Shown here in pieces: positions 28,201-43,469 of a DNA stretch of 64,000 nucleotides (positions are counted from its first letter, which is position 1; the number at the start of each line of letters is the position of its first letter). The notes under the pieces were generated by a model. The model had not been told where the DNA came from, did not search any database, and was given only the letters and a program-made list of their open reading frames with translations. The DNA comes from Marsupella aquatica (taxonomy: Eukaryota; Plantae; Marchantiophyta): positions 13,919,037 through 13,983,036 of the forward strand of contig OZ316891.1 of assembly GCA_973895155.1 (NCBI GenBank), read 5' to 3'. The position numbers and the translations under genes are program-made.

Positions 28201-31177
28201 TACCTCATCATGGTATTTGTTTTGGGTGGTATAAGGAGGACAAGTGCTAGCTTCGGAGTTCATTGGAGCTATTCACCCCATCTCTGACCTTTTCCTTTGG
28301 ACTTTTGCAGTGTTTTGTGTAGAGCAAAGGCCTAACCCCCCAACCTGGGTCCTCACTGGCTTTTTCCAGCAGCCCTGGTGTCATTTGTTTCACAGGGGGC
28401 TTATGAATTCACTAGTTTTCATGGGGCCAAGGCAATTTGCTTTGGGGTCTTGAGTTGAATTCCTCTTCGTGAACCTCCTATGGGGTTTACTGTAGAGCTC
28501 TACCAGGCCTTTCAATTTGTTACTTAGTAGTGCTTTAACTAGTTTGTAGTGGTTTGAGATTCTTGGGCTCTTGTTGGTCTTCATGGGGTTTTCTTTTGTA
28601 TTCCCCCCGGGTATGGGGAAAGTGTCTCTTAGCATGGCGTCTATTGTTCTTTGCAGCGTTCATATACACGAGCGCTTGATTAGGTTTAAATTTACACCAA
28701 ATGTTCTGAGCCTCTGTTCCAGGTGTAAGGGGGGAGCGATTGTTCTAGTTGCAAAATTCATTAGATTCCACCCCTCCAAAACGATTTCACCATTTTCAGC
28801 AAAAATGTGCTAGGTTTTAGGTCAAAACTCCCCTTAGCCAATTTCCCACCTATACATAGACCCCATTAGCCAATGTAACGGTCATCCTTGAATCAAGGGA
28901 GATTTGACTGTCCCCCCCCCAAAATGTAAGAAAATCAAATAAGGAGTGTTCGTAGCATCTCCTTTTTCACACAAGGTGACGTCACCCACACTGACAAAAA
29001 AGGGAAAAAACTCAACGATTAGGCTGTAAGGGGGCCATGATTTTCAGCCTGCTGAGGAGCATGGTCGATTGGTCGGCAAGCAAATCAGAGCCCCCCAAAT
29101 GACTCCTACCCTGGTTTGGTCAGCAAGCAAATCAGAGCCCACCACTGACTCCTACACTGTTTTTCGTGCAGCATCATCGCTGTCATGGTGATGGTTGTAC
29201 TGTACTTAGTGTCCACTAATAATTCTCCCGATTACGGTCAAAAGATTCCTGAGGACGGATGCTGTCATGGCGTGAGAGTGTGAGAGTGTGTGGAAGCAAT
29301 GGGCACCGTTTGTTTTGGGCTTGGGTACATAACAGTCCTGCTGTCCTAGGACTGTCCAGCACTCGTTGTGGACTCTATGTCAGGAGAGTTCCGTGGATTG
29401 CATCGAATTGAGTACAGTCGTGGGACGTGGCGAGCGTGACTTTGCCCTCACTCTACGGATTAAATCGGTGATGAAATCGATAGCGGAACGCTGGAACGTC
29501 CGTTCGTGCAAGTATACCTCCAAGCTGCAGAAAATTCTTTTGACATCGGTCCTTGAATACTTCCCTCGAGTTCGTATCATCATTGCAAATCTTTTAATCC
29601 GAGTTTTAGATTACAATGTTGTTGTACAGGGTCTCGCATTTGTGTACTTCAGAATTAGAAGAGGAGATGTTTCAATTGTTTGAGAAGGTGTAGACTTCAA
29701 CAATAATCCTGTACACAACCCACTTAATGTGAAAAACCAAGGGCCCATCTCTTCTGCAAACTTGCTTTTACTCTTTCCTGTAGCTTCGTCAGTCCAAAAT
29801 TTGGAAACTTGAAACATGTCGATGAAGGGACCTGTGTATTTGAAAAGTTTTCAATTTCTCAGAAGACAACTTTCATGTCTCAACTGTTTACAGAAGTTTG
29901 TTCCGGCACCTTCCAGGCTCCCACAAAAACTTGGACGTGCCACGAACTCCCTAGTATATGTTTTAATTCTTCTGACGGAAAGGATCGGAGTCCAACCGAC
30001 ATGAGCTCACAAGGCTGCCCGTATACGAGAGTGACGCATTGCATCCGCAACGACAAGCTGAGGCAGCGCAAGCTTGAACTAGTTCCCATCTCCATCCCTA
30101 GCAGGTGCCAATGATGGGTAATAATTAGCTGCAATAGGACTAGCAACAGCCTCCAAACGCATCAAAAGCATGCGCCAATGAGTCCGATAACGCTCCTGAA
30201 ACGTACGGTGCAGTTCAAGCCTGGTGAAGGTCAAGTTAAAAATAAGATTTGGAACTAGGTGACGAGTTGTAATGGGCAATGTGCTATCCATTAATACCAG
30301 GAGGTCAACAGACACCAGCTCTGCTACTCTTCCCATCATTTCCGCAATCATCATTTCCGCAATTGCAAGTTATCGCCGGCAAAAATTTCCAAGTTCCTCG
30401 AGAGGAACAACAGTGCGATCGACTGTTGGTGTGGTCATGCGGAGATGACTCCCTTCCCTAAGATTCATGTTAACATCAGACCGCAAGATCTGAGTAGAGA
30501 TTGAGGATTTCTCAGGCAACCCACTCGACCTTCGCATAACCTTATTGGGACATCCGAGGGTGTCAGGTTCTCATCTCCAGAGGCTCTATACGCAACACAA
30601 CTCCAATGCTACTTTGAGATGCTTAGTAATGTCGTCCCGGAGCCCCTATTACCCTAGGCTGCAAAATTAAACTCCATCCCAGCAATTGCACATGGTCAAT
30701 ACAGAGGTGAACTTCAGGACAATTCACTTGGACACTTGGAACTCTGAAAGCTCTCTCTCGCTCATCCTAGCTTTTACTTCTTTGTCATTTTACCCTGCTG
30801 GCTACATAAGCTGGAAACAAGCAATTGCTCCATCCGTCATCACTAAATTGCTAGACTCTATGTTTTCCTCAGCAAACGCCCAGACCAGGCTTCCAAACTC
30901 TCGCTCCTACTGGCATAACTAGACCGGAGGAAAAATTCAAACGTTCGGAGACTTCCCAACTCACGTCTGTAACTTTCCAACTCAAATCTCTACATAGACA
31001 ACTATATTGAAGGAAACCAAGCACAAAATCAATGGGATGGTATATACAATCTAAGCCCACACCTACAGTAGCTCAAATAATGGAATTACTCCTCGGAAAT
31101 TTGTGAAACGTGTCTCCAATGTGGATGACGAGTTTCTAACAAGATTCTATGTATGTGAAAGCACCCAGCTGGTTCAC

Positions 31178-32461
31178 TTATTGCTCCGAGGCTCTGGCAG
31201 CCATGCTTTCCACCTGCAAATGCGTTTGTATCGCTGCCACTTTGAGGCAGGTAGCCCTGTGATAAAACTGCTCCCTTGAAAGTTGCCTCACTGCTTTGTA
31301 GTAAACATCCCAGGGAACAGATCCATCTTGCACTGCCCTATCCAATGAATATAAAACATCTTCTATGGTAAGATCTGCTGCTGTACTTTCCAATAACTGA
31401 CGCGAAATGTCATCAATCGGCTGAAACATTCCGTCGATGCCCAGTTCCGACTTGTCACCTTCGTTCTCCCTCAGCCAGGCCTCGATTATATCTGTGTTGG
31501 TCATGTATAACTGCAGCTGCTCTTCAAGTGACTCCTTTTCTTGCTGCATGTCTCGGAATCCCTGCTCCACCTGCTCTTTCCGCTGGTTTAGTAGCACCTG
31601 CGTGCTAAACAACTCATCCATCTCAACTTCCCCGCGTCTCAAAACAACCTTGGAATCTCGCTGAAGACGCTCTGTGAGTGTGTTGACAGCGCTGATTTGG
31701 AAAGCTTCCTCAGGTGTCGATGCCTTCGTTGCTGCGAGCCTGGAAGAAGACCCAGAAGAAGAAGTATCCACAGTGTAGGGAGGAGGGCGATTCACTCTGC
31801 TCGGCGATTGGGGATTGGGAGATCCTTGTTGCGCTGGGCTTGTCCATCCTGGTCCTGCGCTGGAGTGCAGTGGATTGGTGGCATGTATCGAGGACTGGGA
31901 CGAAGTGCGAGAAGGCTCTGCAGTAGTGGATGCTGCCGGCTCTCTCTGAGGAGCAGGAGGGCGGGAATACAGAGGAGGGTCCTCTCCAAATACTAGAGAC
32001 AAACTTCGAGCGAGGTCCAGAAGAGTCGAACGAGGAAAGATCCACTGCTGCAAGTAGGGCACAGTCACAGAGCCAGAGGCATCCACATGGCGATGGTGTG
32101 GCTTGATGATCATGTCTCGTGTAGGGGTTACAAACACCACAGGAGCCACGCGCGGGTAAGCTTCAACAAGCCACATTGTGATAGGAATATTGTACTCGAC
32201 ATTCTTATACTGCATTGGAATGGTGCCAGTAGCTTGAAGGAGAAAAGATGAGCGCCCGTTGTTGTGAGTGAAAGTTGCAGTTTTGATCTGCAAGCCCTGA
32301 AATTCCTTTATCATTGCCAGAAGGTGCTGTCGGATGTAGTACTTGACATCCTCTTCGTAGGGGAGATTATTAGGGCCCCTCATGGACAAAATGTTGTTGA
32401 GAAATTGCGCCAAAGAATGACGAGGAGAATGGGCAGTCTGCCCCGCACTGATGGCCGGCAT
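31178..32461 (-). CDS. ELC: ELC/VPS23 (TSG101 homolog), ESCRT-I subunit: UEV domain, Pro/Ser-rich linker, coiled coil and steadiness box; intronless CDS, ~427 aa
   Basis: Uninterrupted ORF with LPYEEDVKYYIRQHL, FTHNNGRSSFLLQATGTIPM, YNIPITMWLVEAYPRVAP, and C-terminal AADLTIEDVLYSLDRAVQDGSVPWDVYYKAVRQLSREQFYHRA. The start is set at MPAISAG (32461); the in-frame ATG at 32671 is probably intronic. Confidence 0.93.
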   Translation of the reverse strand: MPAISAGQTAHSPRHSLAQFLNNILSMRGPNNLPYEEDVKYYIRQHLLAMIKEFQGLQIKTATFTHNNGRSSFLLQATGTIPMQYKNVEYNIPITMWLVEAYPRVAPVVFVTPTRDMIIKPHHRHVDASGSVTVPYLQQWIFPRSTLLDLARSLSLVFGEDPPLYSRPPAPQREPAASTTAEPSRTSSQSSIHATNPLHSSAGPGWTSPAQQGSPNPQSPSRVNRPPPYTVDTSSSGSSSRLAATKASTPEEAFQISAVNTLTERLQRDSKVVLRRGEVEMDELFSTQVLLNQRKEQVEQGFRDMQQEKESLEEQLQLYMTNTDIIEAWLRENEGDKSELGIDGMFQPIDDISRQLLESTAADLTIEDVLYSLDRAVQDGSVPWDVYYKAVRQLSREQFYHRATCLKVAAIQTHLQVESMAARASEQ

Positions 32462-35400
32462 GTTGCTATTCTGCTCGCAGCTAGCACCACTACTCCAGCT
32501 CGTCGAAGAGGTAGACAAGCTAGTACCCCCACTCGAGCGCTCCGCTCTCCTCGACTGTGCGTGGATGTGGTTCGACAGGTGCCAAAGGCCCCTAACGGCC
32601 ACCAGGAAGAGATAGTGGCCGAGTTTTAACCCCAGAAAGGTCAACAGTGGGAAGTAGAGATTAAGGCCCATGGAAACTTCATGGAAACTTCATGGAAACC
32701 ATTTGAAGGTGAAGTAGGATACGAGGCCAGAAGGCGAAGACATGGTGACAATTAATTGATGGTATTCAACGCGAAGAAAAGGTGCCGCGTCAAATCCCCA
32801 AGTCTGCTCACCTAGCTTTCACAGCAAAGTACAGTTCCGTAATCTGCAGTCTGGTGGCGGTAATCCCAAGACATTGATTAGTGTGCCAGCCTGAGAAATA
32901 CACAATCATACCGTAGCACCACGACCTAAACGAAAATCCAACCCAAACTTCACAACGAACGAATTTCCAGATCCCTAGCTCGGTAAATATTCAACCTGTA
33001 GAAACTTTCACGTGTGGCATATTCAATAATGGTTTCTCTAGCTCTGCTGTCCAATATCTAACACCAATTTCCCTCCTTTCTTCGGCTCCACTTCAAAAAC
33101 ACCCCGACCGAGTCCTGTCCCTTTCTGGTCTAACCCCCCACAACAAGCAATCTACCAATACATCTAAAACGCGTCCAATGCATCGCAATTCGGCACCCAC
33201 CAACTTCCACCCTCACTCCCCCACCGACAGAGTCCCTTCCTTCTTAGCAATTCCCACGACTCCCACGCCTCACCTCTGGAACGTACAACTGCAATGATAG
33301 ACGACAATTGCAAGCCTCCAACTACGGAGGAGATGGCGAGAGGGAGCGTTGTGTAGTCGTGCACCAAACTGGACCGGTAATCACAACGATAATCACATCA
33401 GCCACACCAATAGCTGCAATGCACACGAAAATGGTAACGCACACGAGTCGGCAGACACAGAGAGAGAGCGAAGAGGGAGCGAGCACAAACCTGAGTGAGA
33501 CAGAGAGAGAAAACTTGAGCGAGAAGAGAAGAATTCAAAACTACGGAACTGTGAGTACAGTTCAGCAATGGCGAAAAGACACGCGGATTTGCCAATTCTC
33601 CCAGCTTGCAGCAGACCAGTCCACCGCAGTGCAAATCGGACCAGATTGCACCGCACGAAACGATCGGTTTGAACCTTCCTTCAAGCGGAAGGCCGCTGAA
33701 TCACTCGATGACTCGAGACACAGGGAGAGCAGATGGAGCAGAGGCGAGAAGCAACGAAGGAAAGAGAGGAGAACGCGGAAGAAATACGACGCAAAACAGA
33801 GGCGAGAGAAAGAGACTGGAAAGAAAGGAAAAGACGGTCAGACCCAAGGAGCTCACGACTACAGCAGCTTCTCTCTAAAGTGCACACCCTCCATAAGTGC
33901 AAATATGGCTAATTACAAGGCGTCCTGTTCTCCGCATTTTCCCCCTTTTGCCCTAAACCACAACTATTTAAAGTACAAACCCCTCTATAAACACTAATTT
34001 AGGAGTGGGGCAACTTAGAATAAAAAGTTACACTAACAGTGGTGGGTTTTTGGGCTAAGAGCAATTCACATTTGTCAAGTCCTGCTAGTGATTTGTGTTG
34101 CCATTGTTTGAAAAGTGGTGTAGCCCTGTTGGGTGTAACCCTTCCCTAGCTGTATCTTTTCTTTTGTTAGTGATCCAGGGTGCATGAAACATGCTCTGTT
34201 TTCTAGTGGTCAAAGTTGAGGGAGCAATGTCTTTGTATCTGGGCATTGTAATACTCCATTGCTTGAATGAAATATTCTTCTTTGACACGTGGCTCCCTTA
34301 ATTGTTTCAACTGATTTTACTTGGGGGCTAACATTAGTGTAACTCTAATTCGTATTGCACAAACTGAATGTGTTACACTAATGTTATTTAATGTGCACAC
34401 TATTAGTGTTACTCCATAGATAACATTGGTAATATTATTTGAAGAGTCAACCCCAAAAAATTAGGCTACACAAATAGTGTTACCAAGATTAATTGTGGTG
34501 AACAGTGTAGGCCCTTGGTTGCCTAAGTTGGGACCCTGATTTAAGCCTCATCCAAAGTGGATTGCTAGCCTTGGCTGAATCATCCTTCTATACTTAAGAG
34601 GCAAACAAAGAAATAGAGGGGACTCTAGCAGTGACAAAAGAGGAGGGAGCAACAAGGAAAGAGGGTACATATAAATTAAGATCACCTAAGAGCACACTCA
34701 CTGGTGCACACCAAACAGCCCCGTCATCAGGGACTTTAGAGAGCCAGTGCGGCGCCCACACAACAGGGTTTGTGAAGGGTCTGATGAGCATCCCCACCTG
34801 TCCCACCTTTCACACTCGCCAAACACTGCCAGCAGCAGTTCAACAAAGAAGAGTGTAGTGCACTCGCCAAAGCTGCTACGACTAATAATCAAAAGTGAGA
34901 GGATCAATTGCAGTCTTCAATCACTCTTGGCAGCATGTGCCTTGCTGGCTTGTGGGAGCAACACTACCAGCCTGAGGAGTGGGCAAACCAGGTCATGGTG
35001 GAGGTTCAAAAACTATGGCCTGGGCTGGTCACACTAACTCACAGTTGACCATGGAAGTGCTCTGACCACCTGAATATTGAGTAGAGTAGGGCATCTCAAA
35101 CCTGTCATTTCACACTTTTTTCCAGTCAGCCAATGAGAAGTCTGTGTCTGCAATATGACCTAAATGCAACTTTTGGGTGAGACAACCAGAGGGTTCTTAT
35201 TTGAGAGGGTTTCAACATGCCCCAGTGGAACAGGACCCCAAATAATTCTTGAAGGGCGCAGCACATATCTACAACTATGACAAGGGATCATGTCTTTTTT
35301 TTGTCCTTCATTCCAATACAAAAACTTCCCCATACAAAAAAGCTTCTGGCGGAGAAAGATCCACAGCCATTGAATTGGCTATTTTCCTTGGCCATTGATG

Positions 35401-37429
35401 GATGAAATTTTTGTTGTGGACAACATGCACTGACCCCCACATAGCTGATGGTCACATTTCCCAGGACGAGCAGATTTTTTGTGTCCGTGTCCCAGCCCAC
35501 GGCATTTGGGTCACGGGAAAGTTTGAGACCCCTTGTATTATTAAGACTCTACTCGAGCAACCGTGACGTGGGGAAAGGACATGGAAAAGGACATGGGAAA
35601 AGACTGGCAGACGACTTAGAAAGATGGGGCGAATGAAAAGCTAGCCCAAAAGAAATACACAGAGGAGAGGAGAAGCTGTGCAAAGAGGAACGAAGTACTG
35701 AGTACTGTAAGGGAAACAGAATGATAGGGAACAGGAGACAGGAGAGGCGTGACAGAGCGCAGGCAGACCAAGGAACGAAGTCTCCTCCATTCGAGCGCCT
35801 CAATCCCGGGAGCCCATTGAAGGCCACCACGTGGTGGGAGAGGGACACCTGCACGTCGATCACTCGACATTCGGAACCGTCAGAGGAAGCCTTGACATGT
35901 AGCCGAGGTCACCGGTAGACCGCTACAATCGGTCAGAGAGGCTCCGTTATTAAAACCTTTTTTTTATTTGCGAGTTTACGTCAAATTCTTACCTCAAACT
36001 ATTGAAATTGAAGTCACCACGTTTGCCAAAACCTCGGCCAAAACACTATGATAGACTTTTGCAACCCTCAGTGACTGCAACAAAACCCTCTTTTTGGCTC
36101 ATGTACCATTGGAGGTGATCTAAAAGTTTGGCCAAACAAGCCTTACATGTTGGAAAAAAATGGGCCCCACTATTGTCCATGTAGGATGGGAGTCAGAGAT
36201 AGGAAATGGGCCTCCGCAGTCTTGTAAAGTCAAGCTAGGCCGGTTCCCACAATCGCAAGGCTATGATTACATCTCAGAGATGGGGAAAATGGAAACTGCC
36301 TTTGTGGTCTTGCAAAGCCCCCCTCAGTATTACAAAGCTGAGTGGAAAAGAGACAGTAATACTCAGCATTACAAGGCTGGGTGGGAAAGGGCTGAGTGAA
36401 AAGGAGACAGTACCTTTGCAAATCTGTAGGTCTCTCAGTTCTCAATGAAATCTAGCCATATGAAGCTCATTGGAAAGATTTTTCACAGCAGTTTCTAACT
36501 AACCAAAGAAACTCAGATTTCATGCAAAATGTAGGGAGATCGTGACTGTCAAACTTAGTTGCTCAAAACGTTTTGAAGCGCAAAGTGAATAGTGAGGATT
36601 GGGGCAATCTTTGGAAAATAACTCTATCTCAATTTGTCATGAAACTAGAGATTGGTTAAAAAGAGCTTTCCAAGCACATCGAACTAGCTCAAGAAGCTGA
36701 TCCAGTTAGATATCAATGGAGATATTGAGATGTCAAACTTTGCTCTTGAAAACTTGTAGTAAATGAGAATGGTATCAATGAGAGGTGTAAATGTCACGGT
36801 CCATAGGAGCATTATTTTCTGAATTACAATTGCCTACTTTACCCAAGGACAAAATGGAAAGTGTCCATGGGGCCGAATTGGATTTCAATATGCATGTTGG
36901 CAAGAAGGGCAAGGGAGTGCAGTGAATTTGCATCTCTCCTGACCCTGGCATTTCCCAGATTGTGACCTTCTCCTCGTAGAAATCTCTTAGTAATTTACTA
37001 CAGTAAAAATCCAGACCACCTTCTCCAATTCCAAAATGTCCACAAAGAGTTCATATCGGACCCCCATTAGGGGTCCTTTGCAAAATTCCTGGCTCCACAA
37101 CGCCACATCATCATGGCATGCTGCAAACAGGAAGAGACTTGTTTTTGGATAAAATTAACTTTTGCATTCGTGTTTGTGGCAAGTTTGCTACAAAAACTGG
37201 GACGCCATGCCGTAAAAAAGAATGTAAAAAAAATTACATGCAAATCAAAAGACAAAAAGATTGAGGTAAAACTACTCCCAGTAACGGTTTTATTTACATT
37301 TTGATTTTATTCAAAACATAAGATTTTCTCGGTAGCAATTTTTTATTTGACATTGTTGAGTCAAATCATAATGAAAACTCACGTATAATATGGCGTTAGA
37401 AATATAAGAGATTGTCCTGATGAGCTTAG

Positions 37430-38440
37430 CATTGTCATCATTTGGTAAGAATTAATGTTCACCCCTTCCATGAGAATGAACCTAAAATTGACAGAGTTTA
37501 TCAAGTACTAAGGAGATTATGAATTTTAGAATTTCTTTAGCTGTTTAATGAACTTAACATTGATAGATTTAGTTGAGTTCTGAGGAGATTATAAGTCTCC
37601 AATGTTCTCTAGCTTTCCAATGAGTGTAACATTGGAAGATTTTATCAAGTACTAAAGTGGTCATGAGTTTCTAAATTTCTCTAGCTTTCAATCAATTCCA
37701 AAGTCCACAATTGGAGATTTGTTTCCATGAAATTTTTTGTCTTAAACGATTATGCGAAGTTAGTGATTTGATGACACCGATGACTTCTCTCTCTTCGTCT
37801 ATCTACGTGTACAAATTGAAAAGTGATTACTTTCGATGCAACTTGAGTGCATCCAGCATCCCTCAGTCGAGCATCATTTTGCTGAAGTGGGCAATTAAGC
37901 TACCCACACATTAAACAATAGTTCACATTGCAACTGGTTTTGTGATTGATGTTAATTATGGTTGTCTTGGTAAGTTTGACAACTGTTTCAAGTTTCAAAC
38001 ATTGACTTGTCCATTTTTGAATTTTTTTTCTTTAGATTTGGAGGTCCATCTAGGCTTCAGTTTCTAGATAACTGCTTCTAAATAACATGGGCGTCCACGG
38101 ATTAATTCTCTTTTTCAATTACAGTGCAATGCCATAAACAATTCCTCTCTATTTCTCTTTCCTTTGAAAACAATATCTTTACTAATAAATCAGTATTCTA
38201 CATTATACATCTTGATGATAATCCTTAATATGTGGAGTCCAGAGAAGCATGAATATCTGGTAGCGCACTTGAGTAGTGATTGGTCTTGGGTACTAACTAA
38301 CTGTTCCCTTTCTATGGGGTCAACTTTATTGATCGTGAACGGTAGAAGAGATTCTGAATTAGGAGGGAGCAAGATGAACACTGCTACAATATGCAAATGG
38401 CTTGATCTTCTAAGGTTACTAAATGAGCCCATCCAAAATG
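37430..38440 (-). pseudogene. Decayed leucine-rich-repeat (NLR-like) gene relic
   Basis: 72-nt (24-codon) periodic repeat at ~37493/37565/37637. The minus strand reads in pieces as LNLSMLSSL, KQLKKF, KIHNLL and IGKLEN, with CLKLETVVKL and LHILRIIIKMYNVEY upstream. Many stops and frameshifts. Confidence 0.5.
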
Positions 38441-39521
38441 GACTTCATCTTCCAGGTTGCTCCATGAGCCCACATGCTCTGTTCACAAGAGCATAATATA
38501 GGCCTCGAGAAACAGGCACACAACTCTGTTACAACACTTAAGCCTATTCCTAGGACCAGTCTCTCATTGAATGATTTTAAGAACCGCTAAATTACGAACC
38601 AGACCAAGCCCAAACTAAGTACTGGACTATATCTACTCATTTCAAATTGTGATGATCAGTTTTAGAGAACCTGGAATGCAGATGGATTGGCATTTTGTCC
38701 ATGGCACCCAGTATGGACTGTTACAGTCAAGCCATCAAGGGTACTGATCATTGGGTAATCTAACTGACACAGAATGCAAACTGTAAGGAGACATTTTACA
38801 AGCCACATTTTAGTCTAATGTGTAGGGGTTTGCCATCAGAGTCAATTTCTACATTTTTTAGCAATGCCAGCTTCACAAACAAAGTCTCTGTGCATCCCAA
38901 CGTCAAGAAAGACAAAACTAAAATATCATTATATATAACCATGGCACTCTCTGTTTCCCCGTCACCCACCAAACCGGACAGAAGGTGTTTCCCCGTCACC
39001 CACCAAAATGGACAGAAGACAGTAGACACTCAAGAAAACACATGGATTACATTTAATTTACCACTGGTACTTTACTGTTTATTCCTTACTCCCTCCTAGG
39101 GTTCCTCACAATATGGTTTTATACACTAGGATTGCGATTATAGTCTGGTTAATCACAAGAAAACTTAAAAAATCCAACCCATTCTGCAGATTGGTGTCAT
39201 TGACCCCGCTAACGTGTTCCCTGAACCTAACTTACAAGTTCCTTAAACTCCCTAATTTTATTTTGCAAGGTGCATGGGGCCTGTTGGTTTGATTTCCACT
39301 GCCACTGTCCCCAAGCATAACCTGGTGGATCGGAGTTCCCAAAATTAGTCCATAATAATGTTCTTGAAGGAAAAAAAATGCACTGTATTGTCCTCTAACT
39401 TGGTGGATAGCAGCAGTTCAAGGGACATCTACAACTATAATAAGGGATCCCGCCTTTTTTCGTCCTTCGTCCCCATACAAAAAAGCTATTGGGTGGGAAA
39501 GATCCATAGTGGTTGGATTTG

Positions 39522-39641
39522 ATTAGCTCTTTTTGTTTACCATTGATGAAAGAAATATACACCCCTATCACATATTTGCTAATTAGTTCTTTTTGTTTAC
39601 CATTGATGAAAGAAATATACACCCCTATCACATATTTGCTA
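39522..39641. repeat. 60-bp tandem duplication
   Basis: ATTAG(C/T)TCTTTTTGTTTACCATTGATGAAAGAAATATACACCCCTATCACATATTTGCTA twice. Confidence 0.9.
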
Positions 39642-40225
39642 CCCATTGCCCCGTAATGCCCCCGGCCAATCCCTATGGACCTGCCCTCCTTGCACAGTGC
39701 AAAGCACTGGCATAGGGGTCGTTATTACATGATAAAGTATATAAGATTGTATTTACATTCTTCGACATACTCTCTATTCCTTTTATATCCTGAACCGTTG
39801 GCTGAGAGGAATGCCAGAGAGATATACTGGTGCCCTTGACTGTCACGAGTCAAATCCGAGGTGTTTGGCAGCCACAAGCGAGGAAACTGAAGCTTCCCGA
39901 CCTGATGAAGAGGAATAATTTACAGACCAGACGGGAAGTGAAGACAATGACGGTGACAGTCCAAGGATGGCAACTTGATTTTATCTGCAAACTTCCAAAA
40001 ACACAAAACAGTTCAATAGTCAAGTACATGGAGCAATTAGTGCCGTTTGCCAAGATTTAATGGGGTTTGCCTGTGTAGTAATGGCTCCCCAAGTCCCAAT
40101 ACTAGAAGACAGGCTCGAACTTAACATAACTAGGCAAAGGTATGCATTGTGTAAAGTCTCTACGAACTCTGCACATTTGAAACGATCCTTGGAAACCAGC
40201 ATGCAATCACATATAACAGACGTCT

Positions 40226-40300
40226 GATAAACCGACCATCCAGGAACTCTCCAGATTTACAGATAAACCGACCATCCAGGAACTCTCCAGATTTACAGAT
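40226..40300. repeat. 36-bp tandem duplication
   Basis: GATAAACCGACCATCCAGGAACTCTCCAGATTTACA twice. Confidence 0.9.
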
Positions 40301-40803
40301 GAATTCACTTGAGGGACCCATCAAAACGAAAGCCAAGTTTGGCAGGAATCCTCGTATGCACAAATAAGGAAGCAGGAAACATTCTGGATCAGAACACGAG
40401 AAAAAATTCCAAGAGAACAAGGGACACAAATGAACCAAAGGGCTTCCAAAACTAACTGATAGAATAGGAGGAAAAGTTGTTTAAACTTAATTCACAAAAA
40501 ATAAAATCGGACCTTGACTCGTCAATTTCGTCCATACGGAGACCTCTATTACCGGCACTCTGAGCGACGATATTTCATTTTAGGCAAGAGAAAAAGCGTG
40601 CGCTTCACAGAGGGTTTAGGTGTCACATCTTCACACGCAGGGTCTTCTAGTTAAGCAGAGGGGGAGTAAGCACTCACGTGCGGCACTACGTTTGCACGTG
40701 ACTTAGCTGACAGGTAAAATGCGAAGATATGTTTCCTTAGTTTCCACTAAGACACTTCTTTCTTGCCTGCCATGTTGTCAGAAAACTGACAACTATGTGT
40801 ATC

Positions 40804-40883
40804 GTCATGATTCTAGTGAGTTAAATTACCCATGTTCAGTTAGAGTCATGATTCTAGTGAGTTAAATTACCCATGTTCAGTTA
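40804..40883. repeat. 41-bp-period tandem duplication
   Basis: GTCATGATTCTAGTGAGTTAAATTACCCATGTTCAGTTA at 40804 and 40845. Confidence 0.9.
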
Positions 40884-41416
40884 CTTCGAGAAATCCTCTC
40901 TTTATTTATCCACCCTCCAGACGACTCCTAATCATTGAGGAAAGTGTACATCTAAACTACCGTTATCATCACAACTGCACGCACTCTGAAGAACATACGC
41001 GTCATTTCAGTTTTGGGCAAAAGGTGATTTGCGATGATATTTCCAATGAAGTGGACACTTGCGCCGACAGTCACACTGACCCATTTCATCATAGGTTGGA
41101 ATTAATCAACTTTTAGAAAAAGGCTATCCTGACAATTCAGTGCTTCCGCCGCGCTGTATTGAACCAATTACTTCCTAGCGATGTACAAGACGGATGTGTA
41201 AAAATTTTCCGCTCTGCGGAGTTAAATGCCTAGGAAAGATAACTAGTCCAAGATCACAAAAACCAGGTTCATGGAGTTACATCCACCTCCCATATGGACA
41301 GCGGAGTGGAACTGGACAGAATAGCAGTTTGAACAGTACGTCCGGCCTGTGGTCAGGGTTCCAACATGACAAGATTAGTTCTCCCAATCTACATCTTCTA
41401 ACCAACCACCATCTCC

Positions 41417-43199
<1,783 letters not shown>

Positions 43200-43469
43200 C
43201 TTTGCTGAGTGTGTGACGCAGAAAAACAATCAACAGAAATGAAGTCTTCCGAAAACCTCGACAGGCTCACCGGCAAACGATCGTATCCTCAATCGAAAAA
43301 AATTCTATCGATGTGAAATGCAGATGACAGTCAACAAACCAAAACACAGGACCGCTTCACAAACTTCGATCAGGCGTTTGCAAAGACGCCTTCACGAAGA
43401 GTACTACACGAAAATCAGGAAACGAGCTAGAGAATTCAAAACAACGGGTTCTGATGTTTGCGCCCGCCA

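Noticed and set aside
32462-32671. 70-aa hydrophobic N-terminal extension of ELC in the 497-aa ORF, preceded by an 11-bp repeat giving three ATGs
   Set aside because: A donor (~32812, AG|GTGAGC) and acceptor (~32555, CGCACAG|) suggest the upstream ATG lies in a pyrimidine-rich 5'UTR intron. ELC/VPS23 proteins are soluble and start near MPAISAG.
33308-33997. 229-aa + strand ORF
   Set aside because: Low-complexity antisense reading of the TC-rich ELC 5' leader, non-ATG start, no domain.
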